This document shows positions 10,601 through 22,600 of a DNA stretch of 64,000 nt, in pieces. The stretch is from Squalus acanthias (Eukaryota). Position numbers and translations under genes: made by a program. The stretch covers positions 132,000,001 through 132,064,000 of the forward strand of contig CM059432.1 of NCBI GenBank assembly GCA_030390025.1. The letters run 5' to 3'. Position 1 is the stretch's first letter. Every line of letters begins with the position of its first letter. The notes under the pieces were generated by a model. That model worked only from the letters and a program-made list of their open reading frames with translations, was not told the origin of the DNA and did no database searches.

Positions 10601-13600
10601 AAGGGGAGATAAAGCGTTTTGGGGGAGGGGGTTCCAAAGAGTAGGCTGAGGTGACTGAAAGCTGTGCCACCAATGGTGGAGCAGAAGGAGGGAGAATGCA
10701 CAGGAGGCCAGAGTTAGCGGGCTGGAGAAGGTTGCAAAGGTAAGGTGGAATGAGGCTGCGGGGAGATTTTTAATTCAATCCATTGGGGGATGTATTCCCA
10801 AACTGACTTCCCTCAGTTTGTTTTCTGTTGTGTCTGCTGGAAAATTGCTGAAAAGAGTCAGGGAGGAACAAAATGGAAGCATGTCCATATATGGGTTAAA
10901 TGGGCTACAGTGTCAGTGATTGGCTGAGGGTGGATGATATCATGGTCATGTAGTTGGGGGTAAATAACAAACTCGCTTAAGGGGGGAAGGGCAGAGCAGG
11001 AGCAAAGAACAAAGGAACAGATGGTTTCATGACATGGCTGCCTGTTCGCCAAAGGATTGGCGTAATATTCATCTTTTGCACTTACTGCCTTGTTACTGCT
11101 TGTAGCTAGTTGTATTGTAATCATTAAAATTATTGATGGCACTGTATTAGTTGTCTTTTCGAACTGATCTACCGGAGTGGGGAGCCAATGTAGGTTAGAG
11201 CATGGGGATGATTGGTGAGTGGGGCGTAGTGCAGAAACAGGATATCCTGTAGGAGGTAGAGTTTTAGATGATTTGCAATTTTTTGGAGGATGGAGGTTAT
11301 GTGGCTGGCAGTGAGGGTATGGGAGAAGTCAAGTCTAGAGATGATGAAGGTGTGGATTAGGGTTTCTTCAGGAGTGGGGGTTAGGTAGAGGCAGAATTTT
11401 GAGCAGTGTTTCGGAAGTGGAAATAAGCTGTCTTGGTAGTCGATAGGAAATGGAATTGAAAGCTCAGCACCGGGTTGAATAGAACTCTAAAAAGGTGTGC
11501 AGTCTGCTTCAGTATGAATGAGCAGCCAGGGGATGAGACTAATGCCAAGAGTGCAGAGCTTTGGGTGATGGGTTTTGTTTTTTCCCCAAGTGTTTCCTGG
11601 GACCTGAATGTCAGATTGTCAATAGTGATGGTTGTGGTGTTGAGGAGTTGGACGTGTAGCGCTGGGTGTCATCAGCATACATGTAGAAACTGACCCTGTG
11701 TCTATGAATGATGTTATGCAAGATGATGAAGAGGAGACGGGCAAGGATGGATTTATGGGGAACTCCAAAAGAGACGGTGTGAGAGCTGGAGGAGAGACCA
11801 TTGTTAGAGATGCATTGGGACAGGTAGAAGTGGATCCATGTGAAGGCAGGAGGAGAGGTGGTGGAGGAGGACTGTGTGATTGACCTTATTGAACGCTACA
11901 GAGGACAGGACTGGAATTCTGGCTGAATCCTGTTTCAGAGCAGATTGCAACTCATGGGAAAATGTTTCCAGCACATTTGATCCATTGTCTCTTTTGGAAA
12001 TCCCACGAGATATCATTTCAAATGATAAAAAAATTAGAGTGGAGTGTGCATTGTTCTTGTGAGAATGTAAAAGTGAATTCTGTACCTTGTCAACTGTAGG
12101 TTTACCAAGTATAATGTGTATATCAAATTATTCTGTTTTGTAGCTGGGAAGAACTATGTAATCACTGAGAAGAATGGATCGATTATGACCATTGGGCTTA
12201 ACAGGCCAGAAGTAAGGAATGCTGTAAACAGGAACACAGCCCTACAATTACTGGAAGCATTCACTACTTTTGAGAGGGACAAAGCTTTGACAGCAGCTGT
12301 ATTATATGGAACAGGTTTGTTCATTAATACCAATAGATCACCCACAGCATTGCTCACGGATAGTCCGGGACCTGGAGTGTGGTTTCTGATGCTTATTACA
12401 GTCCCACTGCAACCTAAATGCAACGTATGACAGCGATGGGCACAGTTAACATTATCAACTCGAGCTGCAGACAGGAGGGCAGGCCTGTGTGGGGGAACTT
12501 CTTGCAAGCATTTCTAGGGGGAAAAATTCAGTTGGTTAGCGCCTCCCTTTAGCGCCTCCAGGGGGCAATAACGGGGAGCTAGGAACTTAGCACCCGAGCG
12601 CGGTGATTTTAGCACCGCTCGCGAAATTGACCAGTGGTTTTGCGGCGGCGCTAAACACTACCGCCACGATCTCCTGCACCCGCAGATCGTGACGTCAGTT
12701 GAGCGTGCAACACCCCGGTAGCGCCCCAGACCAGATATTGAGTCGCGCCCCCTGCCTTAGCGCCTGCTGCTAGGAACGACAGGTAGAGGGGAACGTTTTC
12801 AAGTCGGGAAGGGGCTGGGGGAGCGCTATTTAAAGGCGGGCGCTTCCTGCCTTTTCTTGTCGGCAACATTTTTGGTTTTAACGCTGTCTTAAGGAGTTTT
12901 GGTCCTCAGCACCACTTTTGAGGTTCCTAAGCACCGAGCTCTTTCCCTGGACCTATCCATTAGTGCTTCCAACACAATTGCTTTTGAGGTCTCTCCAGGC
13001 TGAGATTCAGGGCTGTAGTGAGCAGGGAGTGGCTGGCCAGCAAGATGGCCCCTCCCCTTTAAGAACTGGACTGCGCCAGTCTGTCTGGCTTCCATGGTAA
13101 CTGACATCGCCTGAGCTTCAGTAGCGTTCTGAGGTAGCGCCTCGCTCCCTGTTGTTTGCGCCTTAAGAGAGGTGTGTAGCGCCTGATTTAGCGCTCAAAT
13201 CACCTCCAGGGTCGATGGAGGCGAATTTTGCAGTCAGAGGCGATAATTAGCACCGGGCGCTAAATTTTGCGCCCGGCCGATATTAGCGCCCCAAAATGGG
13301 CGATAACAAATTTTCCCCCCCTAATATTTAAATGATATAACAATAACAACGTCTTGCGTTTATATAGCGCCTTTAACATAGTAAAACATCCCAAGGTGCT
13401 TCACAGGAGCGTTATCAGAAAAAATTTGGCACTGAGCCACACACGGAGATATTAGTACAGGTGACCAAATGCTTGGTCAAAAAGGTAGGTTTTAAGGAGC
13501 GTCTTAAAGGGAGGAGAGGGAGATGGAGAGGTTTAGGGAAGGTGGGGCGAAGGAAATCTGGGAAGAGAATGGGCAAAGTTTTAGTAATTTTAGGCATCGC

Positions 13601-16600
13601 CTGACCCTATACTCCAACCTAGTTCTGAGTGGAATTGTACAAAAGAGGTAAAAGACTCATCAAAGATCCTTTATATAACTTATGGATTTTCTGTTTCAAG
13701 CATGCTTACATCTTGAAGTATGTAGGAAAAATATTCTGTAAATTGTCCAAATGGTGCCTTCAAAATTCACAGGGAAATGCCCTGTAAACGACCTAAATTG
13801 TACCTAACAGGGAGTTTAGCTTTTGAACTGAAACCTGGGTAAGGGCTTTTAGCTAACACAACCCCTCAGCTAGTTTAAACCATAGAAGGTCCCAGGTAAT
13901 TAAGCCATAAAGCCTCTAAGTTAATTACACCAGGAGATCTGTGTATATACAAGGCATTCCTTAATGGTGTTATAAAATCGTTTGGAAAAACTCACACCAT
14001 TTAAGAATAACACTAGGATAAAGATGTTACGCTTCCCCATTTGTGTGGAAAAACTTGAGAAATGCAAGATGGATAGAGAGACCTTCCAGCACATGTGTCA
14101 CCCTGGTTCATTGAATGTAGGAAGACTTCTCTTTGAAATTTAAGACATAAAACAGAGGGCTTTTGCACTCCTCCAGTCTGTAGTAGAATAGAGTAGAGTA
14201 GCAAGAGCAGAGGCTCCTTGTCTTTGTTAGAGGCCGTCTTTGGCAGATGTAGTTCTCTGTTAGTTAGGAGACACTTTTTTGCGTTCGCTAGCCTCCGCTA
14301 AGCAACCTTTATCTAGCAGATTTAAAAAGGGCACTATTACAGGTCTCTTCAGGAAAGTTAGTCAGTTGGCTAAGCCAAATTAAACGGCTATACGGATTCA
14401 TCTAGTTCCTTGGCATATATTTGTCGGGATGCTGAAACCTAGCATTCTTACAGGTGGGACTTGAACCCACAACTTTCTAACTCAACTCATAACCTCATGA
14501 CTCAAGAGTTCTACCAACCTAGCAGAGCTGACTTTAGTGAATGGGAAACCAATGAAATTGTGCAAAATATCGGCTGCTGTCTTTCTTTGTCAGTAACCCA
14601 AAGACATAGTATTAAATTTAAAACAGAAATAGACAGTTTCCTAGAAGTAAAGGGAATTAGGGGTTACGGGGAGCGGGCAGGAAATTGGACATGAGGCTGA
14701 GTTCGGATTGGTTGAGGCCCTGTGGGTGGCGTAGCGGGCCCAGGGGCTGAGTGGCCAGGTCCTGCTCCTACTTCTTGTGTTCTTTAGATTTGAGGTGAGG
14801 ATCAGATCAGCCATGATCTTATTGAATGGCGGAGCAGGCTCGAAGGGCCGATTGGCCTACTCCTGCTCCTATTTCTTATGTTCTTAAACATAAGGCTCAT
14901 AACATCTAAACAGTTGACATTTTTGTGTTTGAATTTTCTCCAGCACTGTTTTCCTGTGGGGGGGGCCTGTCCCTCTTTCGGAAGCCGGTGGCTTGAGTTT
15001 TGAGCTTTTCTTCCATTGTGCTACTTGTTCAGCTTAACTTGCTTTGTAGCAAACTTGTTTTTGAGTCAATAAGTTGTGGGTTCAAACCTCACTCCAGAAC
15101 TTGAGCACAAAATCTGGGCTTGCGATGAGTGCAGAACTGAGAAAATGCTTCATTGTCTGCGTGCTGTTTTTGGGTGATACTTTAAACTGAAGCCCTGGCT
15201 TTTTGAAGGTGGCTGTAAAAATTCCACAGCACTATGTGAAGACAAGCAGGATGTTCTCTTGATGCCAGGCCAACATTCCTCCCTCAAACAATGCCACCAA
15301 AAACAGTTTAACTGATCATTCACCTAGTTTCCCGTTTGTGGGGGCCTTCGAACCTTACAGCACAGAAGGAGGCAATTTGACCCATCATGGTTTATAGTGT
15401 CTCTCAGGAAGATATCTCCACTTAGACCCACTTCCTCTACCCTTGCACCACACCCTTTAAGATGTTCCTTTTCAAATAGGTATCCACTTACCTTTTAAAA
15501 TATATTATGCATTCTGTTTTCACTGCTGTCTCCAGTTTCATGTCCTAACAATGCTCTGATTAACAATATATATCAAAAAAACAGTCTCACCAGTGTTCCC
15601 CCTAAGATGCGTGGCCGCACACCGATCGGGAGGTCCCGCGCAACCGCTCACCAGCAGTTGCCGCTGGAAAAGATACCGTGCAGCAAATTCAAAGGGGCCA
15701 CGCGCAAAAAAAATTTAAAGGAAACTGACGTAAGAAAACTACTAGGCACTTGGTCTAAGCGTTAAACAAAGCTTTAATCAACTGTTTTTCAACATGGAGA
15801 TCTAGTTGTGTCCTTCACTAGTTCCTGTTCAGGAATGTCCTAAGCAAGCTGGGCCCATGCCCGAGTATTTATACTCTCCCTGGACAGCGCCACCAGCAGG
15901 CCGCCCAGTATTACTTCATACATGAATGACAAGATTCATGTCAGAAACATTGCTCCTAACCTCTTTCTTCATACTTTTCATAACAGTCTTAAATTTATGC
16001 TGTTCAGTTGCTGATTTACTGACCAGTTGAAATAGTTTTTTTTTTCCCCCTGAGATACTTTATCAAAACTTCTCATAATTTTGAAAGCCTTGCTGTGAGC
16101 AAAATTGACTGCCAGATTTACTTACAAAACAACAGTGGCTACACTTCAAAAGAGTAGTTCATTGTGAAGAACTCTGGGACATCCTGAGGACGTCATTAGG
16201 AAAATGCAACTTTATTTGTTCTCCCTGTTCATTTTTTTGGTTTCAAATGTGATGCCTCTCCACAGTTGAGCTGGTCCACACTGGCACTCCCATCTTAGGC
16301 GTCACATGAAGAATGGATAGGTGGGCAAAGGCACCAAAGAGGGCTATTGGTACCAAGCAAACTATATCCCAACAAGAGCTTTTCCATTGAGGAGAAGCTA
16401 GGAGAAAAGTTCCTTTTTTTTTAACTAATCTCAAGAGTAACAGAAGTAGTTTGTTTAAAGAAATGATTCCCAAATTATTTTTAAATGAAGGCTTTGTGAG
16501 GAATGGAGGTACATTAATTGCACTTTTTTTTTTAAAAAAGGACCTTTTCGCCAATTTTCTCCTAGGTTCTCCCGAATGGAAAATTTTTGTTGGGATATAG

Positions 16601-19600
16601 TTTGCTTGGTACCAATAGCCCTCTGGTACCTTGCCCACCTATCCATTCTTCGTGTGATGCCTACAATGGGAGTGCCAGTGTGGATCAGCTCAACTGTGGA
16701 GGAGCGTCACAGCCAAGGCCATTCTGTTCTCATCTGACATCCACACTCCAGAAGAGGCACTGGGTAGTGAGCAGAGCCGACATGATTTTACCCCTTTCTA
16801 TCTGGGACACTGTGGCTAATTGTAGTGGTCTAAGGAAATCAACGCAAGCCACAATCAAACCTGGGGCTATCTGGTCGATGTGACCTGGTGCAACATTTTC
16901 CTACTAAGCCATCAGTGCAGCTGGATATTCGTCCCTTTTAAGAGCCAGCAGTTTCACTGTGAAATGCAGATGCATGCGATCTAGACCATGTCATCTACAA
17001 AAACAAGTGATTTTAGCAGAATCTTTCTCTTGATCTTAAAAGACAATTTATACAAAAAAGTGTGGTTTGGTAGTGCAATCAGTTGAGTTTTTGACAGCTG
17101 GGCAGAAGGGATGCTAAGTGAGCGAAATGTTCTGCCTGCCTTTTTTTTTTAAAAGTCATCCAGCACACTCGACCCAACAGGTCCCTCGCCTAGCCTAACC
17201 TTCCCTCCACCTCCAAATATGTCTTTAAATTGCACATTGAAAAGCCTGAACAGCCAAATAGGGAGTTGTGTGTCTGTGTGTACACTAGTTGGTGATATTT
17301 TTTTTCTGGCTTTTGCAGGAGGTCACTTCTGTGCTGGTTATGATTTAAAGGAGTTGGCTCAAGCTGCAGCGTCTGTTAAGTCTGAACAGGATGTCACCAA
17401 GGATCCAGGTCCTATGGTATGTATAGTTAAATGCAGTTGCATTTTAAACACTATTAGCAAGTTGACCTTCATTTGCTCTTCCGATCCTATTTAACTCACA
17501 AGAATATATGTTATATGCTGGAGACTAACGACAAATTCCCATAATGTCAACATCTTGCATTTATATAGCGCCTTTAACATAGTAAAACGTCCCAAGGCGC
17601 TACACAGGAGCGTTATCAGACAAAATTTGACACCGAGCCACATAAAGAGCTATTACAACAGGCTTGGTCAAAGAGGTAGGCTTTAAAGAGCGTCTTAAAG
17701 GAGGAGAGAGAGAGGCGGAGAGGTTTAGGGAAAAAATTCCAGAGCTTGGGGCCTCGGCAGCTGAAAGCACGGCCGCCAATGATGGAGCGATGTGCATCCT
17801 CGATTTTCAGAGGCCAGAATTGGAGGAGCGCAGAGATCTCGGAGGGTTGTAGGGCTGGAGGAGGATACAGAGATAGGGAGGGGCGAGGCCATGGAAGGAT
17901 TATCACCCTGTCTTCCATGTCTGGCATAGCAACCAAGACGGAAGTGGGATCAGATAATAAATGTGAAGCTAGTTGTTCAGTTTTGCGAAGACCTTGTGGT
18001 ATACTTCAAAAAAAAAGTCTGACCTTGATGTTTAGACGTACAGATTTACTTTATTTTTTGTTTTCAAATAATCTGCTCGTGGTTGAAAAAGAGATTGTTC
18101 TCTAGCTGTGAGCTGTGGTCTAGCACCAGGAAACCAATCCATTTGCTACAACAGTAAAATGGAAAAGTGTACATTTTACATAGAATTTATAGCACAGAAA
18201 CAGGCCATTCGGCCCAACAGCCTCCTCCCACCCTTTATACATGTTTCTGTTCAGTTTTATCACAGAGCGATCTCTGCTCCTCACCTTCCTTTGCAAACTG
18301 TGTTTAGTTGTTTAAAAAAATAATGTAACCTGTAAAGGTAGAAAAGTAGAAAATGCTGGAAACGCTCAGTGGGTCACTCGACATGTATGGAGAGAACAGG
18401 ACAAGTTAGTATTTCAGGTGTGGACCCATCATCCATACCTGAAATATTATCTCATCCGCTCCCTCCACCATTGCTGACTAACTTCTGAGTGTTTGTAGCA
18501 TTTTCTGGGGTTTTTTTGTTTCAGATTTCCATCATCTGCAGTTTTAAAAAATAAATTTTGCCTGTAATAGGGTATTAAGGGATACGGAACCAAGGGGGTT
18601 AAGTGGAGTTGAGATACAGATCAGCCATGATCTAATTGAATGGCGGAACAAGCTGAATGGCCTACTCCTGTTCCTATGTTCCTAAAGCAAGCGACTGGAT
18701 CACTTTAGAGATACACATGATAAATGCATGAAGGCATCAACAGATGTTCTCAACTTGTTGGAACATGTCGAATGGAGATGTGAAAACGGTGATAGCAGTA
18801 GTAATTGTGCTCTAAAGTGGGAAAAAATGGGCATTTGCTTCAGGCAGAGTAATCGTTAAAAGCTCATGAATATTTTGCTAAAAGCTTGATGCCAGTTCTG
18901 ATGAAGAGTCTACATATTCCTGTCTTTTCTTATTTCAGATGGTGATGGGGCTGCTGTGCATTGCCAGCGTCTTCTGTTTACGTTTACTTGATTCCAAGCA
19001 TTTGCAGGTTTTGTTTTCCTCTCTATAAGATGGAAGTGCATGTCGTACCAAAACCTGTGCCCATTAATAACCCTCCACTTTAAAAAGGAACATCTCCTGA
19101 ACTTAAAAGTGGAAAACAAATAGCATTCAGTTGGAGTAAAAATTGAGCCGAGACCTGAAATTCTGCAATTTTTGGGAGTGCAAAATTGGTGTGGTTCCAG
19201 AGTAGAGGGTGTAAGTCAGATATGGCAGTGATGCACGTGTTCTGAAACACACAATGGCCTGGATTTTGCGGAGCCTGTGTGCACGCCGTCATAAGCCTTG
19301 TAAAAGGCCCCCGCAAGTTCCGGGTTTCTGCCATCGCTGCACACGTGTGAAAACCCGGAACTTGCGATCTGTCAAGGTTCGCCTTGATCGATCCTCCGAG
19401 CCTAAAGAAAAATCACTTTCGCTGGCGCGGAGTGGGGCTATTTGCCCAACTGCTGCCCAACAAATGCCCACGAAACGCTTACGCCTGGTAAAAGCAGGGG
19501 CAGGGCCTGCTTTCACCAGCGTAAGGGTTAATATAAATGTTAAGTTAAAAATTTTAATATAAAAAATCATCCACAAACATTTAAAATTAGTTAATGTAAA

Positions 19601-22600
19601 TTTTGGCCCAGATTAACTATTTTGAATTATTTTTCAAAAAATTAAATTTTTATTGTAAATGCTTCATTAAAGGGACTTTTAATTAAATGTGAAAATGGGA
19701 ACATTTATTTTTATTAGAGTTGTGTAAATTATTAATGACTTGGGGATTTCTCATATGCTAATGAGGATTCCGTTCGTAAATGGAATCCTCCTTTCTGATA
19801 GGAGGACCTGGCCCATGTGATTCCCAGGGACGCTTCCAAACCGCCTGCGTTCCTGGAATCTGTGGGCCTTTACACAGGCCTTCGCCTGCAGGCCCAGGAC
19901 CCGAAGTCTCCGAAACCCGGGAGCCAGCAGGTAGGCTCGGATTTTTTTTCGGGTCGGAGGCGTACTCGGGAGGTACGCCTCCGACCGCAAATTCCGGCCC
20001 ATAATAACTTCCGATGGAACTGGGTGCTGGCAGGAAATGCACCCATCCCCAAAGTATGAAAATAACAGGATAATGAGGGCAGAACTCGCTCTCTCAGATA
20101 TTCCACCATTTATACTCGAATCGCACCTGATACAACTTAATCCTGAAGAAAAAAAGAGGGGCAAGTTACCTTCCTGTGCGCAGATTGGCTGCCGTGTTTC
20201 CCTGCATTGCAACAGTGACAACACGTCAAAGTACTTTTGGCTGTGAAGTGCTTTGGGACGTCCTGAAGTTGTGAAAGACGCTGTATAAATGCAAGATGAT
20301 GGATTCATTCATCGGTGTCAAACCAGGAAGTGGTTGAGTTCACAGGCTTTGACTGTTCACGCTCTTTATCTGAATTACCAGCTTTGGCTGGAGCGATTAG
20401 AAAACTGTTTTCGCAGTTTTGTTGCTAAGAAAGGATTCTGCAAAGTGCCTTTCAGCAGCTTCAGGCTTCCCACCTTCTGTCATGGATCCATTTCCACAAG
20501 GTTCGTTGGTCATTTCCATACGTCCTTATGATGGAGACAAAACAGGAGCAGGAGAAGAGGAAATGGGGGAGAGAGACACAATGATGCTGGGCTGTGCTGT
20601 GATAGAGACCACAAGGAAGGGTCAGGGGGGAGCATGTTAGCTTGCCTTAGCTGCTCTGAGGTTACATTTCTTCCAGCACTGCAAAGGAGTCCTCGGGTCA
20701 AGGAGGTGGTACTTACACCTCTCTCCACAAAGTGCATCCCACATTCTTGGCAGGTCACCAAACAGCCCATCCCCCAGCTCTACATCTCTATCAGGAGCAC
20801 ATGAAGCTCCAGCTCCCTGAAGTTCGCTGCTTGTTTCTTCAATCTGGTTGCCATCCTTGTTGCCCGGGTTCCCTACTTCCCTCCCAGTGTTGCCTTCAAG
20901 CAGCACCAGCTCTCTGCCTCTCCTTCAGCTATTTTCCGCCAGCCGCCATTGCCCCTGCAGTAGATTTCCACCCCTCTCTGGCAGATCTCTGTCTTTGTGG
21001 GCTGAATTTAGAATTTACTGCGGGGTCAATGCCATGACCTTATGGTGGACGGGCAGAAGTCCTGCCCTGCCTCAGTTCCAGTGTCACCATTAGAAATTCA
21101 TTTTATTTATTTTGATATAAAAAGAAGATTCGTACTTCAGATGTTGTTTGCATTCTATGATCTCGTGGTCTGCTGTGGGGAGGCTGCATTTTAACACTGC
21201 ATAAAGCATGTTCTAGATAGAGTACAGTTAAAAACAAAAAACCTGCAAGTGCTTAGAAATCTGAAGTAAACACAAAATGCTGGAAGTAATCTGCAAGCAT
21301 CTGAAAAGAGAAAGGGATTGGTTAATGTTTTGGGTGTAGATCACTCATCAGAGTTTATCAGAACACTGGCACATTGTTAAAACAAATTGGCCTAATTTCA
21401 ATATTTCCTCCAGTGTATTGGAACCGATTCTTTGAATAAACCCAAATACATCACCTTTAAAACCCTTTATCTTCAATTCACTCCATGGCCTTGCTTCTTC
21501 TATCATAGAATCATAGAATGATACAACACAGAAGGAGGCCTTTCGGCCCATCGTGCCTGTGCTGGCTCTCTGAAAGAGCTACCACTTACTCCCATTCCCC
21601 TGCTCTTTCCTCATAGCCCTGCAAATTTTTTCTTTTTAAGTAGAAATCCAATTCCCTTTTGAAAGTTGCTATTGAATCTGCTTCCACCACCCATTCAGGC
21701 AATGCATTCCAGATCATCATAACTCGCTGCATAAAGACAATTCTCCCGATCTTCCCCCTGGCTTTTTTTCCCAATTATCCTAAGTCTGTCTCCTCTGGTT
21801 ATCGACCCTCCTGCCAGTGGAAACAGTTTCTCCCTATCCACTCTATCAAAACTCCGCATGATTTTGAACACCTCTTAAACTTCCTGGTACCATTCTAGTA
21901 AATCTCCTCTACACCCTCTCCAAGGCCTTGACGTCCTTTCTAAATTTAATTAAAATTAGAGGCCGGAATTTCGCCAGTCGTGGCGAGTCCAGTGCGGCCG
22001 GAGTACGGAGCAGCCTCAAACCCCGCTCCCATCTTCATCCCGCCTCCTCCAAGTGATTCTTCCCTGATTGGGCTTGTTAAGCCCGCCCTGCGAGGTTCCC
22101 GGCCAGTTAAAAGAAAGCGGGTCTGATGACATCATCTGATGACCCGTCATCAGCCGGTTTCCTTAAAGGGGCCATGTCCACATTCATTTTGACAGTTGTG
22201 CTGTCCGTGTTCTACAGCATTGAGGTGCTGCAAACACTGACGAGCACTGCATAGAGGTGCACGGCTGCACCCAGGCGCTCCCATGATGCTTATGGAGGGA
22301 GTCACAGCACGCAGGGAGGTCCTCTTCCCTTCCATTGGGCGGAAGAGACCTCCCCAAGACACCAACGCAGCCTGGTTGCACATTGCACAGGAGGGCACAA
22401 GCAGGAATGTCATCAGGAGGACCAGGCTGCAGTGGTGCAAACCTTTCAATGATCTCAGTATATCATGAAACGTTACTGCAAAGCCACACTCAACCTCATC
22501 CTGCTGTGCCACTCATCACATCCCCATCACTCTGCCTTCCCTACCCTACTCCTGCACATCCTTACTCACACCAACATACCTTGCACCTCCACCCATCCCT

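Noticed and set aside
15583..15960. 8-bp hAT TSD
   Set aside because: Flanks AGTCTCAC and CTCCTAAC match at only 4 of 8 positions.
20640..20830. Minus-strand exon (GTAAGT donor) or Myb/SANT relic (W...[10 protein letters not shown])
   Set aside because: Only faint similarity; probably another decayed Harbinger piece, not supportable as a feature.
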